This document shows positions 45,950 through 56,805 of a DNA stretch of 64,000 nt, one piece after another; position 1 is the first letter of the stretch, and each line of letters begins with the position of its first letter. Source of the DNA: Patescibacteria group bacterium (GTDB lineage Bacteria; Patescibacteriota; Microgenomatia; Daviesbacterales; UBA10151); the NCBI GenBank assembly GCA_943356485.1, contig CALRFD010000003.1, forward strand, positions 7,702 through 71,701, written 5' to 3'. The notes under the pieces are model-generated. The model was not told where the DNA came from and did no database searches. It saw only the letters and a program-made list of their open reading frames with translations. A program made the position numbers and the translations under genes.

Positions 45950-46936
45950 TTAGCTTACAACCTTAAAAATTGCAGTGTAGCGCTTGGTTATTTCGATTAA
46001 TTCATTCAATGTTTTTGTTTGCATCATCTTCTCCCTGATCTCAAGTGCGTTTGGAAAATTATTTATGTAGCACTTAACAAACTTTTTCATTAAAGCAAAA
46101 TGTCTTTTATCACCAAAAGTTTTTTTAAATAGAGTCAGGTGCTTTAGAAGCAGTTTAATTTTATCTTTCGGTGTAATAGTTTCCGGATTAACGCTTTCAT
46201 TAAATAACCAGACATTTTGAAAAATTCCTCTACCTATCATAACTCCATCAATTCCATACTTCTGAGCCTTGACTCTTGACTCTTCGATTGACTTTACATC
46301 CCCGTTTCCTATTATTAAACAATCAGGGTTTAGTCTGTTTCTTACCTCAACGACTTTTGCTATTTCTTCCCAGTGGGCCGGAGGCTTTGACATCTCGGCA
46401 ACAGTCCGAAGGTGCAAAGTTAGCGCGGCAATAGGGGTTTGTAAAAGTGTAGTTACCCAGCCTTCGGTATCTATTGATCCAAAACCAATCCTGGTTTTGA
46501 CACTGACTGGTAGACCACAAGCTCCTTTAATTGTAGCTAGAATAATCTTTTGAGCTAATTTAGGGTTTTTAATTAAAGCAGAACAGCCGCCTTGCCTGAG
46601 CGTTGTTTTGACCGGACAGCCCATATTGATATCGATCCCATCAAAGCCTAAATCAGCCACCACTTTGGCGGCTTTTTTAAAGTGCTCAGGGTTACTGCCC
46701 CAAATTTGGGCTACAATTGGTCTTTCTCTTTGGCTAAATCTTAAGCCTTTATCGATAATTTTTTGACTTGATTTTGAGAGTATGGCATCGATTGGTACAA
46801 ATTCAGTAAAAAATACATCCGGCTTACCTACAGATGTGACGATCTGTCGAAACACCATATCTGTCACCCCATCCATCGGGGCTAAAATCATTATTGGTTT
46901 ACCAGTCTTTGGTTGAAATTTTTTCCAGAAATTCAT
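45950..46936 (-). CDS. dus: tRNA-dihydrouridine synthase
   Basis: ILAPMDGVTDMVFRQ. TIM-barrel FMN-binding pattern. Confidence 0.85.
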   Translation of the reverse strand: MNFWKKFQPKTGKPIMILAPMDGVTDMVFRQIVTSVGKPDVFFTEFVPIDAILSKSSQKIIDKGLRFSQRERPIVAQIWGSNPEHFKKAAKVVADLGFDGIDINMGCPVKTTLRQGGCSALIKNPKLAQKIILATIKGACGLPVSVKTRIGFGSIDTEGWVTTLLQTPIAALTLHLRTVAEMSKPPAHWEEIAKVVEVRNRLNPDCLIIGNGDVKSIEESRVKAQKYGIDGVMIGRGIFQNVWLFNESVNPETITPKDKIKLLLKHLTLFKKTFGDKRHFALMKKFVKCYINNFPNALEIREKMMQTKTLNELIEITKRYTAIFKVVS

Positions 46937-46967
46937 AAAGCTTAAGTATACTTCTTCAGCAGGTTTA

Positions 46968-48200
46968 CTAAAAGTTATCGATTACTTTGTTTCTTGGATT
47001 ATATCTGGCTAGTCTTGCTGATTTAATATTTTGAATCATCTGATCCACATATTTTTCCTTGTAGTCATGTAAAAGTAAAGCCGGCTCTAGCGAATAAGCA
47101 ACCTGAGCATTTTTTTGTCCAGTAAGAAGCATCATCATGTCTGAGCGGAATTTAGCAATTCCTCTTTCAGGAACCCTACAAAATTCAGCAACATTAGTTG
47201 GGATTTTCTCTAAAAAATTGCTCGGAAGTACATTTGATAACTTGTCTGCCAGAAGGTTTGTTAAGTATGAATAACTCATTATTTCCTGATCTATCCCATC
47301 TGCAAATTCCCACCTTGAACGTAAATCTTCTAAACTACGTTCGTTAAGACCATCCCGAGTAAGTAATTCGTTCACCAATTTTGTTTTTTCCGGGCGTTCC
47401 TTTTTACTAAACTCTGGATCTTGTGCCAATGCAGCATGTGTTACCAGATTCAGCCAGGATAGGTAACCTAGGTACTGTAGATATTGATGCTTACTTTCTA
47501 TCTGAGATGCAATACCAACAAACTGGGCTAATCTTTCCTGTGGGATACCTTTAGAATGGGCAAACTCGTGGGCGATTGCTTCCGGATATTTATCTGTTGT
47601 AAACACTACTTCCTGAAAAAATGGATTAAAAAAACCGATTGCATGAGTTCTCCATAACATTAGCCTGGGAATAAAGGAACGTTGAACCCGGTTCGTAGAA
47701 TCAATTTTTACTCCTTCATGTTTAAGAGTAAAATCGTCTACGGCCTGCTTTGCTAAAGGTGTCGTATCCTGAAAACTTAAGGCTTTTATCATCCTTCTTT
47801 TATTTAACTGATCCACCAGAAAATCTATTTCCGCTCCAGCGTTAAATCTAGCTGGTTGAACCCCCATCTTTTTATCAATACCTGTCCTAAAAAAGTTTCC
47901 CAGGACGCTTGTAAATAAAAAAGCTGCGCTTAAACCCATCTTGGCTGAGACAGACAGAATATCTTCTGGACTTGCTAATTGAGTACCGCCATTCATAAAT
48001 TGTTCCCCAATTGTATATAAGGAATTGATAGTATTTATGGCAATAATTTCTTCAAAATAAACCATTATTGGAGATAATAAATTAGAGGCTCCTGGTACAG
48101 TGTCTGTTATTGCTGATACAGTCCTGGCAAAGTGCGGGTAAACGTATTCGTAATTAAGATCTGCGAGCTTTGTGACTCCTTTTCTAATCTCTTCTTTCAT
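46968..48200 (-). CDS. Putative Zn-metallopeptidase (HExxH: AIAHEFAHSKG), DUF3810-like
   Basis: HExxH motif only. Confidence 0.45.
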   Translation of the reverse strand: MKEEIRKGVTKLADLNYEYVYPHFARTVSAITDTVPGASNLLSPIMVYFEEIIAINTINSLYTIGEQFMNGGTQLASPEDILSVSAKMGLSAAFLFTSVLGNFFRTGIDKKMGVQPARFNAGAEIDFLVDQLNKRRMIKALSFQDTTPLAKQAVDDFTLKHEGVKIDSTNRVQRSFIPRLMLWRTHAIGFFNPFFQEVVFTTDKYPEAIAHEFAHSKGIPQERLAQFVGIASQIESKHQYLQYLGYLSWLNLVTHAALAQDPEFSKKERPEKTKLVNELLTRDGLNERSLEDLRSRWEFADGIDQEIMSYSYLTNLLADKLSNVLPSNFLEKIPTNVAEFCRVPERGIAKFRSDMMMLLTGQKNAQVAYSLEPALLLHDYKEKYVDQMIQNIKSARLARYNPRNKVIDNF

Positions 48201-48296
48201 AGCAGTAGATTATAACAGAGAAAGGAAAATTATCAACCCATAGTATCAAACTAGATACCTAGCCTAACTTAACCCGGTGCTAGTATAATATTACAT

Positions 48297-48593
48297 ATGG
48301 CTGCTAAATATCTGCAACTCTTTCACCAAATGCTTAAAGAAAACGAGAAAGAATTATCAGAGTTTAAACTTCTTCACGATAAATATGAGTCTGACCCAAA
48401 GGCCTTTCAGGATGAATATAATAGAGAGGGAGAGAAATTCCTGGAAATAATACAGAAATACGAGAACATGCTTACCTCACATACAGAAAACGCCGGTTTT
48501 GGTAAATATGCCGCTAATCTATCTGATAAATTCCGCTTGGCTGTAAAACAGCTTTTTCCAAAGCTGGATTTTATTGGAATACAAAGAATGTAG
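48297..48593 (+). CDS. Hypothetical protein
   Basis: 98-aa ORF. Confidence 0.3.
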   Translation: MAAKYLQLFHQMLKENEKELSEFKLLHDKYESDPKAFQDEYNREGEKFLEIIQKYENMLTSHTENAGFGKYAANLSDKFRLAVKQLFPKLDFIGIQRM

Positions 48594-48595
48594 AA

Positions 48596-49144
48596 CTAAA
48601 GGGATCTTAAATATTTGTTGACCTGTGTTAGGGTATCCGGATCAGTTGCAGGGTGGGTTAGCACAACCACGCTTTGCAAGGAGCGTAGCCATCTTATTTT
48701 CCCTGCTCTTTTTGAAAAAGGCTTTTTGTAAACCATAAGTATTCCTGCTTCATCCTCTGAGGCTGGAATTGCGGATATTAACTTATGCGACTGCGGTAAT
48801 TCTCCTGTATTCCTAACTTCGGGTGAATAGACGCCAAACTTTACAATATTCTCCATGGCTTCTACAAAGGTTACAACAGGTGTAGATGACCAGTGATGGG
48901 TAAGAGCTAAGAAAAAAGGTCTCCTGGTACCAATCAATAAGATTTCTGAATCAGGCTCAGATGCCTGTTTTATTAGACCTGAGACGGCCTCATTTGCCGG
49001 AATCTTAAACCTCAAACTTGCAGACATATAATCCCTAAGCCGGGTTTCAACCTCTGATTGAGTATTGTCATCCTCCAAAAAATTTATTATCTGAGGGTGG
49101 ATCCCAACAGATGTTAATTCGAATTCTGTTTTTAAGCCATTCAT
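48596..49144 (-). CDS. Hypothetical protein
   Basis: 182-aa ORF. Confidence 0.3.
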   Translation of the reverse strand: MNGLKTEFELTSVGIHPQIINFLEDDNTQSEVETRLRDYMSASLRFKIPANEAVSGLIKQASEPDSEILLIGTRRPFFLALTHHWSSTPVVTFVEAMENIVKFGVYSPEVRNTGELPQSHKLISAIPASEDEAGILMVYKKPFSKRAGKIRWLRSLQSVVVLTHPATDPDTLTQVNKYLRSL

Positions 49145-49241
49145 ATAGTAAGCTATTATAGGCCTAATTCCTTAAAAAAACAAGCATACTTATCAGACTC
49201 TTGTTTTAGGACTTTGTTTATGAAATAGTGATATAAAGCCT

Positions 49242-50219
49242 ATGGAAATTCTGGGGAAAATATTTAAAAAAGATGCAAAGACCTTTATTTCCGATTTTAC
49301 CCAGCATCTTATATATTCCCTTTTTATAGTGGCTCTGGCATCTTTTTTTACATTCTTTCTATTAAAAAAAGTGTTTAATCAAACTATCAATGATATTAGG
49401 CTAGATAATACGATCAGTGTGGTGAATAGTAAGAAAATAACCGGGATGCCTGTTTCTGATGGGGATTTATATACAGAAAGAGGCAGCCCATATGATAATC
49501 GAACAGTAGATGGGGCGACTGAAAGCGCCAAAGTTATTTTTCATGGCTCCAGGGATAAAAAGAAAATCGCGATCACTTTTGATGCCGAAATGACAGATGG
49601 TATGAAAGCCGCACTTTTATCGGGTAAAACCAAAAGCTCATATGATAAAAGGGTGACTGATATTTTAATTAAAACAAAAACTAAGGCAACCTTGTTTTTA
49701 ACCGGAATGTGGATTGAGCTGTATCCAAAAGACACGAAAGAGTTAGGAGCCAATCCGCTTTTTGAGCTAGGAAGCCATTCTTTTACAGACAGCTCTTATC
49801 ATGGTTTTTGCTACGGCTTAAAGCAGATTCCGCACACCCTGGCAATTGAAGAAATCGGCGCAACAGAAAAGCTTCTTCGGGAGCATGGTGGGATTGATAA
49901 CCGCTTATTCAGGTTTCCGGGGGGTTGCTACACTCCGGAGGATGTAAGGCTAGTTAATGAGGCGAACGATACGGTAGTACATTGGGATGTGGTTGGGGCT
50001 GATGGCTTTAATGAAAATGTATCGCAAATTGTCAGAAATGTTGTTGACAATACACAAAACGGCTCAATCATTGTTTTGCACATGAACGGAGCACCAACCG
50101 CTCCAAAAACAGCTGATGCTTTGCCCGAGATAATTTCTAAACTTAAGGCTAAGGGGTTTGAATTTGTTAAAGTATCAGAATTGCTAAATTTACCTCCAGA
50201 GCCGGCAGGGGGAAATTAA
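49242..50219 (+). CDS. Polysaccharide deacetylase (CE4/NodB homology) with N-terminal TM
   Basis: TFDAEMTDG ... ATLFLTGMW ... LGSHSFTDSS motifs. Confidence 0.7.
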   Translation: MEILGKIFKKDAKTFISDFTQHLIYSLFIVALASFFTFFLLKKVFNQTINDIRLDNTISVVNSKKITGMPVSDGDLYTERGSPYDNRTVDGATESAKVIFHGSRDKKKIAITFDAEMTDGMKAALLSGKTKSSYDKRVTDILIKTKTKATLFLTGMWIELYPKDTKELGANPLFELGSHSFTDSSYHGFCYGLKQIPHTLAIEEIGATEKLLREHGGIDNRLFRFPGGCYTPEDVRLVNEANDTVVHWDVVGADGFNENVSQIVRNVVDNTQNGSIIVLHMNGAPTAPKTADALPEIISKLKAKGFEFVKVSELLNLPPEPAGGN

Positions 50220-50430
50220 TAGTTCATTTTTTCTTCTCAAATGCTTCCATTTTCTTAAGAATTTGTAATATAAGCTGCTGTTGATTTTCCAGATGAAGCA
50301 AAATTGTCTCGATTTCTTTTTCTGCTTTGGTGTCAGTTTCAAAGTCATGCTGGGCTCTTAGTTCTGCATGTTTTGCCTGGATATTTTGACCTACCATAAT
50401 TAAAGGCATGAGATGAATTTGGATCAGGTT

Positions 50431-50688
50431 TCAAATAAATAGCCAGAGTACAAACGCAGGGAAAGGGTCAAAACGTAAATTAACAGGAGCAAACATATTC
50501 CAAAGCAACCAGGAAAAAGTCCATCCGGCAATAATAAAGAAAAATCCCATAGTACCTATCTTATTGGTTACCTGCAGAGCTAATTTATCCATCCCGGAAA
50601 GCTTTGACCGATGAATTTTATTAGTATCCTGCGGAGGGGTAAAGTTTTTCTTAAGGCTTTCCAGAGACTGCATGTTTAAATCCGGCAT
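50431..50688 (-). CDS. Small membrane hypothetical protein
   Basis: 85-aa ORF with a TM segment. Confidence 0.25.
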   Translation of the reverse strand: MPDLNMQSLESLKKNFTPPQDTNKIHRSKLSGMDKLALQVTNKIGTMGFFFIIAGWTFSWLLWNMFAPVNLRFDPFPAFVLWLFI

Positions 50689-50808
50689 TTTTTAAGTATA
50701 TCAAAAATGTTTGAGGTTTAATACGCCATATTATAACCAGATATGGTATAATTACCCACAAAATTACGGAAATGACCTTCCGTTTTTTAGAAAGTGTAAA
50801 AAAATATA

Positions 50809-51459
50809 ATGAAAGAAAAAGATCTAGTTTGTATTGAGTTTTCCTTAGGTATAAATATTCGTGGAAAAATTCCTTATCCATTTTTTAATTTCGAAATGAG
50901 AGGTGATACAAAATGTGAGGCAGTGGAGCGGTTTTCTCTTATTGATAACCGACTAAGAATGACTGAGGTTTTGGGATTAACCCCTGCCAGAACAGACCTG
51001 CTTAATCTTTATTTTATGTCAGGAGTCGCAAGGAGGGGTCCTTCAAAATTCGTTGCTTACTTGCAAAATCCTTTATTAATGTCAATGGCAGACAAGCCTA
51101 TTATTGGCCGGCTAATTTCTGGGATGCAAAATGTTCTGGATGATTATCATGATCTGTCGGTTGATTTAGAAGAAACAGCAGACCGCTGGGGATTACTAAT
51201 GCAGGAGAGTAGCGATATGAATTATAGAACCTTCATAGAAAAAGCCATGGAGGAAGAGGAGGATGAGGACTTTAAGGATTTGCTGGACGAAAAATTACTA
51301 GACGGTGAGCAACCAGAAATATTATCTACACCAGTCGGAGACCCAAGAGGCATTAAGAATATTGCACACTTGCTCTCGTCTATTTATTTAGATCCATATG
51401 CTACAGAGCAGGATATAGCCAATGTTTTAAGAAGTACAGCAATTAGATTTTTAAAGTAA
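50809..51459 (+). CDS. Hypothetical protein
   Basis: 216-aa ORF. Confidence 0.3.
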   Translation: MKEKDLVCIEFSLGINIRGKIPYPFFNFEMRGDTKCEAVERFSLIDNRLRMTEVLGLTPARTDLLNLYFMSGVARRGPSKFVAYLQNPLLMSMADKPIIGRLISGMQNVLDDYHDLSVDLEETADRWGLLMQESSDMNYRTFIEKAMEEEEDEDFKDLLDEKLLDGEQPEILSTPVGDPRGIKNIAHLLSSIYLDPYATEQDIANVLRSTAIRFLK

Positions 51460-51525
51460 GCCTCATTATTAGTGGTCGCAAATCCAAAGGGTATAAAAGA
51501 CATCATTGATTAGTGTGAGAATTTT

Positions 51526-52431
51526 TTATCCGGAAATAGAAGAAACATATTCCATTGGATCAAATAATTGTCTTAGATGGGTTGGTGGATTCTTTATCAA
51601 CAATGGTAATGCTAGAGAGACATAGAGTCCTGAACCGATCAGGTAATCCATAACTATATCTACAAAATTAGGACCCCAATTAATAGGTGTACGGGAGTAA
51701 GATAATACTCCAGAGTTTTTATGTCCTTCCTCCAATAGTCTTTGCTTTTTACTCATATTATTTTCATTTAAGACTTGCTGATAAAGTCTAAGTGAATTAA
51801 TAGCAAATTGCTCAAGTCCTATTAGATAGCTTTTGTAGCTATTTAACAGATAGGGGGCATTAGGTATTCCCTGAGCAAATTTTACCCTTCTTTGTATATC
51901 AGGGTCTTGGCCTCTTGACCTGTAAGATCTATCTATCACTTCAGATTTTCCCCACTCTGCAATTCCTTCATCAAATATACGCACAGTCATGTACTCTTCA
52001 ATTAACGTTAAGGCGCAGTGGCTATCAGCTGCTTGCTCAGCATAAAAAAGCTCACTAAAAGCCTGAGCTGCTTTTACTAGCCCGGGATTAGTTTGATACG
52101 TAAAAGCATGAATGTTTTCGTGTATTTCAGCCGCTTCTGAATGGAAATCATGAAGGTTGACAAGGTAGATATTATCCTCGGGAAAATACCGTCCACCTAC
52201 TTCTAATTGTCCCCTAAGTAAATCACTGTTCGACCTAGCAAGTTGCGTGTCAGGGAAGAAAAGAGTCATAAGCAATCGGTTAGGCAAGTTTAGCTCAATT
52301 TTAACAGGAGGTTGTGAAAATTTAATTCCTAATGTGTCTTCCACCATTTTTGCAACAGTATTGGGAGAAGTCGTGATTAATTTTAATGCAGCTTTTTGCC
52401 CAAATGTTTTTCCATCAAAAAACTTTTCCAT
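51526..52431 (-). CDS. Hypothetical protein with an HExxH-like HENIH segment
   Basis: Motif only. Confidence 0.3.
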   Translation of the reverse strand: MEKFFDGKTFGQKAALKLITTSPNTVAKMVEDTLGIKFSQPPVKIELNLPNRLLMTLFFPDTQLARSNSDLLRGQLEVGGRYFPEDNIYLVNLHDFHSEAAEIHENIHAFTYQTNPGLVKAAQAFSELFYAEQAADSHCALTLIEEYMTVRIFDEGIAEWGKSEVIDRSYRSRGQDPDIQRRVKFAQGIPNAPYLLNSYKSYLIGLEQFAINSLRLYQQVLNENNMSKKQRLLEEGHKNSGVLSYSRTPINWGPNFVDIVMDYLIGSGLYVSLALPLLIKNPPTHLRQLFDPMEYVSSISG

Positions 52432-52529
52432 AGTGATATTATACTAAAAAGATATCCTATAGTCAAATCAACTTCGCCTTAAGCCTTCTATTTACTTTAA
52501 GTGAGTAAAGTGATTTAATGTAGAAAGTT

Positions 52530-52943
52530 ATGTCAGTAGACAATCCTCAATTTGAAGGCCATACCGAAGAATATGCTCATACTCCGGAAGGTCAAGTACA
52601 GGCTAGCATTAGTCCTCCAACTTATTTCCAGGAATTAAAAAATTCTCTTACTGAAATCACGGCGGCTTTTGTAACCCCTCCTCCTTCCAGTTTAAGAGGA
52701 TTTGCTGCTTATATGGTACGTGATATCCCTTCAATAGCCTTAACTGCCGGTATGATAATCGGAGAAATTCCGGTTTTTGATTTAATTAACAGAACTCTTG
52801 ATTTAACTAATCCTGCAATAGTTAATTTTGAATATCTATCAATTCCTCTTTCTGTTTTTCCAATAGGTGTGCTAGCTGATAGATTAACCAGGAGATTAAG
52901 ACAGAGAATTGATTACTTGATCAATCCAAATCAACAAAAATAG
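52530..52943 (+). CDS. Hypothetical protein
   Basis: 137-aa ORF. Confidence 0.3.
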   Translation: MSVDNPQFEGHTEEYAHTPEGQVQASISPPTYFQELKNSLTEITAAFVTPPPSSLRGFAAYMVRDIPSIALTAGMIIGEIPVFDLINRTLDLTNPAIVNFEYLSIPLSVFPIGVLADRLTRRLRQRIDYLINPNQQK

Positions 52944-52960
52944 TATTTTCTTGAATACAT

Positions 52961-53572
52961 ATGCTATTATTAAGTAGGTATATGGCTAATAGTGAGTTAG
53001 GACAGCTATCTGGTATAAGAGAACTTACTTTAAACGACGTCACCGATTTACAAGTGGTTGCAGAAATATTAAATGACCCTGTAAATGCCATTCATTTTAC
53101 TGAAAGCGCTAAAGGGATTGAGGATTTACAACAATTAGTACAAAACCCTAATTACCATTTATTGGGAGCATATAATCTAGACCGAGAGATAGTTGGAACA
53201 CTCTCTGTGGTTGATGAATCTAGAGACGTCAATACTTATCTAATAGAAAAGACAGCTATACGCTCTGATATCCAAAATAGAGGTTTAGGTCGGGAGATGA
53301 TTGAAAAGGGAATTAAGTGGGCATTTGAGACTCCAACTAACCAAGAAAGAATGCGAAAAATATTAGTTCTATGGGTGCAAGAGGATTTGCCGGGATGGGA
53401 GAGAATGCAGGCTATAGTCTATCAAACTGGATTTTTGCAAGTGGTTAGAGAGCCTGATTTAGTAGTCAAGACAATTGATGGAATAGAAGTGGAAAAGCCC
53501 TCCGCGCGTTACCACCTTAGGCGTGAGCGATACGAAGAATTATCTATAAAAGGAAAATATAGAACTATTTAG
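52961..53572 (+). CDS. GNAT-family N-acetyltransferase
   Basis: Motif A QNRGLGREMI. Confidence 0.55.
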   Translation: MLLLSRYMANSELGQLSGIRELTLNDVTDLQVVAEILNDPVNAIHFTESAKGIEDLQQLVQNPNYHLLGAYNLDREIVGTLSVVDESRDVNTYLIEKTAIRSDIQNRGLGREMIEKGIKWAFETPTNQERMRKILVLWVQEDLPGWERMQAIVYQTGFLQVVREPDLVVKTIDGIEVEKPSARYHLRRERYEELSIKGKYRTI

Positions 53573-53625
53573 CCAGAGCTGGTTAAAATTACTAATTCTC
53601 TTTCCATTAAAAGCAATTCTGGCGA

Positions 53626-54837
53626 TCAACTTTTAGATATAGGTAAAGCGATAATCTGTCTTGCTCCAACTGTATCTGTCCTGTTTTGTAAGAAAACTGC
53701 TCCGCCGTAGCCTTCTTCGATATATCTTTGATGGGCACTCATACCTCTCCCTGTTCCAGAAACTATCTGATTGCTACTATCTTTAAAACCAGAATGTCCC
53801 CTTTGGTACCCATTTTTTAGATGATCATCATCAAATCCAATTGCATTATCTTCAACAATAATTAATAAATATTTTCGACCTGGATTGAGCACTTGCTTTT
53901 GATCCTCAGGAATAATTTGATCATCATCTTCTAATTTAGTAAACCTGACTGTAACCTGATTAGATTCACCGGTTTGGAGACTATACCCCTTTTTTAAAGC
54001 GAAAGCCTTTAGCGCGTTTGAGGCTAGGTTTTTAATAAGGGGCTTTAAGATAAATCTGGCATAATCTATGTCTAGATTGTTTAAATAATCATCCAATTCT
54101 TCTACCTCAAGCACTATACCTTGTTTTTCCAAATCACGCCTTAAATTTGCTTTAAATGCAGCGGCCAGGTACTCTGTCGAAACCTCTTCTTTAAAGAACT
54201 TCTCCCTTAAAATAAGGGGTGTTGTTTCATTAAGGTAAATATTTAGGGAATCCATAGATTCCCTAAGAAGATGAATGTTTTCTGCATCTGTTTCAGGAGT
54301 TGTAGTGCCGTTTTGACTGTCAGATTTCATAAAATCTATATTTGCCAATCCAACTAATGGATTTCCCAAATCATGGTGCACCATATTAGTTAACTTATCT
54401 ATGGCTAGATATAAATCATCAGGATCTTTTATTGTTAACTCAAGAGGAATAAGTCCTAAGGCTTTAAACTTCTTATTAATCGATCTCGCCTGAGCAGTTT
54501 GATGGATAGAGGCAATAGCTTCTCTCCTTTTTAAGTCTGCAACTGACCCTGTGGGTGGAATCTTTGTTTCAAATAACCCCATCTGATCGTAAATTAGTCT
54601 GAATTCATCCATCTCTGGTTCAAGTTGAAGATAGTCGTTCGTAGAACCGGAAATTGCCAGTGTACTAAAGCCTTTTTCAGCTATTGTTGTTCGATAGATA
54701 TTAAGAGCTTCCAGCATCGAATTAATATTCTCTGCAATGGGTTTTTGTTCCTTTGACAAGGCAATCTCTATGTTAAGATAAAGATATGGCCTGTCAATTA
54801 TTATTTCTGATTCAGGAACCAAGTCTGAACTAACCAT
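53626..54837 (-). CDS. Cytoplasmic sensor histidine kinase
   Basis: H-box VHHDLGNPL. HATPase G1/G2 regions VEDNAIGFDD and GTGRGMS. No TM segments. Confidence 0.7.
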   Translation of the reverse strand: MVSSDLVPESEIIIDRPYLYLNIEIALSKEQKPIAENINSMLEALNIYRTTIAEKGFSTLAISGSTNDYLQLEPEMDEFRLIYDQMGLFETKIPPTGSVADLKRREAIASIHQTAQARSINKKFKALGLIPLELTIKDPDDLYLAIDKLTNMVHHDLGNPLVGLANIDFMKSDSQNGTTTPETDAENIHLLRESMDSLNIYLNETTPLILREKFFKEEVSTEYLAAAFKANLRRDLEKQGIVLEVEELDDYLNNLDIDYARFILKPLIKNLASNALKAFALKKGYSLQTGESNQVTVRFTKLEDDDQIIPEDQKQVLNPGRKYLLIIVEDNAIGFDDDHLKNGYQRGHSGFKDSSNQIVSGTGRGMSAHQRYIEEGYGGAVFLQNRTDTVGARQIIALPISKS

Positions 54838-55246
54838 TTTGTTTAAGTATAGCCTTTATTTTAGCTTCGAGCCCTTTCATATCAGGTTTCATTACATAAC
54901 TATTTGCACCCTGATCAATATAGTGTATGCTACCTGAAGAATTACGGTTAGCCGTAAAAACTATGACAGGAGTTTTCTTAAAAGGAGAATCCTCACGCCT
55001 CATCCGTTCTAATAAGGACTCTACAAACCCATCCGGAAATTCAGTATCCAGAATAACTACTTTTGGTGGCAGTATTGGTTGCGAAAAAAGCATTTCCTTT
55101 GCTTCATTTAGCTTTTTGGCAACTCCTATTTGACCGGGTGTTATTCCTCCAAGTCCTAGGATAACGGCTCTTATCGCCATTGAGCTAAGCCTATTATTAT
55201 CAACTATCAACACTTTTAAGTCTTCCCTACGTTCCGGCATTGTCAT
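54830..55246 (-). CDS. Single-domain response regulator (REC only)
   Basis: LIVDNNR ... DTEFPDG (phospho-acceptor Asp context) ... K near the C-terminus. Overlaps the kinase gene. Confidence 0.75.
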   Translation of the reverse strand: MTMPERREDLKVLIVDNNRLSSMAIRAVILGLGGITPGQIGVAKKLNEAKEMLFSQPILPPKVVILDTEFPDGFVESLLERMRREDSPFKKTPVIVFTANRNSSGSIHYIDQGANSYVMKPDMKGLEAKIKAILKQNG

Positions 55247-55428
55247 AGAAATTTGTTTATTTAATCTTACAGGGAAAACCTAGTCAATTGCTAGTCTCTG
55301 ATCAATATCTCTATATGGTTCCAGATTATTCATCCAGATATATAATATGCTGAATTAAAAAGATGTCAAACTATATGGTCTAATGGGTGGGCAGATGAGT
55401 TTTCCAGGTGTTGTGCTAGAATATAAAA

Positions 55429-55767
55429 GTGATAATTACAAAATCTGAGCCTTTTACCCCAGATGAAATTGAAAAACTCAAAGAGGTGTTTGATGTTTAT
55501 ATTAAAACTGTAATTGATGTTCAAAAAAGGATCTGTACTGCGGGAATGGATAGACATTTTGAGGGGGAGAAAATCTTGCTAGAACAGGGTTCGAAGCAGT
55601 CAAGCATTTGGGGTGGGGGAGTAGATTTAGAAACAAAATCTGTAGATTTTAACTCTTTTATCAATATCCGGCCAAATGACAATAATACCAGCAACGAAAT
55701 TCAGGATGCTGAGATAAGAAAAGTCTACGAGGAGATAACCAGATTTTTCTTTAAGGAGGTCCTGTGA
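55429..55767 (+). CDS. Hypothetical protein (112 aa), first gene of a coupled pair
   Basis: GTG start. The stop overlaps the next ORF's start (ATGA). Confidence 0.35.
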   Translation: MIITKSEPFTPDEIEKLKEVFDVYIKTVIDVQKRICTAGMDRHFEGEKILLEQGSKQSSIWGGGVDLETKSVDFNSFINIRPNDNNTSNEIQDAEIRKVYEEITRFFFKEVL

Positions 55768-56033
55768 GCCAAAAAATCATCATTGAGTCATTGGCAATGG
55801 ATCTAAAAAGGGTGGCGTTGGGTTTACACAGAGGATCATTGGCAGTGGCAGAGAGGTTTAAGGAGGAGGCGGTCAAAAGGTCACAGGAGCTTGAAAAAAA
55901 TGATAGTCAGTATCTAACTAACCTGGTGGATAAAATGAGGGAGTGTTTAGCTCTGAATAGTGATAGATCTGCAGAAGATGCGTTAATGTATAGTATTTTA
56001 TTCCAAAACTACAGTTTGAAAAAGTATAAATAA
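55764..56033 (+). CDS. Hypothetical protein (89 aa), second gene of a coupled pair
   Basis: ORF only. Confidence 0.35.
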   Translation: MSQKIIIESLAMDLKRVALGLHRGSLAVAERFKEEAVKRSQELEKNDSQYLTNLVDKMRECLALNSDRSAEDALMYSILFQNYSLKKYK

Positions 56034-56091
56034 GGGGTGGGTGGGCAGATTATAATCCTGAGCAGGGCCTAAGGACTTAGTTTGTACTCAG
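56034..56091 (+). repeat. Dispersed repeat, copy R2 (GGGGTGGGTGGGCAGATTATAATCCTGAGCAGGGCCTAAGGACTTAGTTTGTACTCAG)
   Basis: Near-identical to 57663-57720 and 58477-58535. Confidence 0.8.
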
Positions 56092-56145
56092 TTGCAGGAA
56101 TTTAAACCCTTATTTATTATTCCTAACTATGCTACATTCTAGACT

Positions 56146-56781
56146 ATGAAAACATATGCCTTTATTGACGCTTCTAATCTCTTTTATGGTGGTGAGAAGA
56201 GTTTAGGGTGGAAAATAGACTATTCCAAACTAATTAAATATCTTAAAGAAAAATATGAAGTATCAGAGGTATATTATTTTGGTGGTGTTGAAACTCATGG
56301 ATATAAATATGATTATTTAAAAAATGAAACAGTTCCACTTAAGGAACTAAAAACTAGGTTAGATAAGTATATTGAAGAGCAGGGTAAAAGCTTAGATGAG
56401 GCAAAATTAATTCTATTTTCTAGGCACCTACAAAGAATAAAATTCTATCTTAAGCTACAGGAATTTGGATATAAACTCTACCTCAAACCTGTAAAGCTAT
56501 ATTATCAGCCAGATGGGAGTACTGAAAGAAAAGCAAATTGTGATGTTGAAATGGCTTTTTATTTGATGAAAGAAAAGGATAGTTTTGAGAGGGTTGTTGT
56601 TATGTCTGGGGATGGAGATTTTTTGCCCTTGCTAAAGTACCTCAGGGAAACTGGTAAAGATGTAATCGTCTTAGCGAGGAGTCCTCGCACTGCTAGAGAA
56701 ATAAGGCAGTTTGCTGGAAGCGACTTTAAAGACTTTGAATATTTAAGGGAAATACTAAAAATGAAAGAGGAAAAGACATAA
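56146..56781 (+). CDS. NYN/LabA-like (PIN-fold) ribonuclease-domain protein
   Basis: AFIDASNLFYG ... VVVMSGDGDFLPLLKYL acidic-residue pattern of NYN domains. Confidence 0.6.
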   Translation: MKTYAFIDASNLFYGGEKSLGWKIDYSKLIKYLKEKYEVSEVYYFGGVETHGYKYDYLKNETVPLKELKTRLDKYIEEQGKSLDEAKLILFSRHLQRIKFYLKLQEFGYKLYLKPVKLYYQPDGSTERKANCDVEMAFYLMKEKDSFERVVVMSGDGDFLPLLKYLRETGKDVIVLARSPRTAREIRQFAGSDFKDFEYLREILKMKEEKT

Positions 56782-56805
56782 AAAACGGGAAGACTCATAT
56801 AGAAT

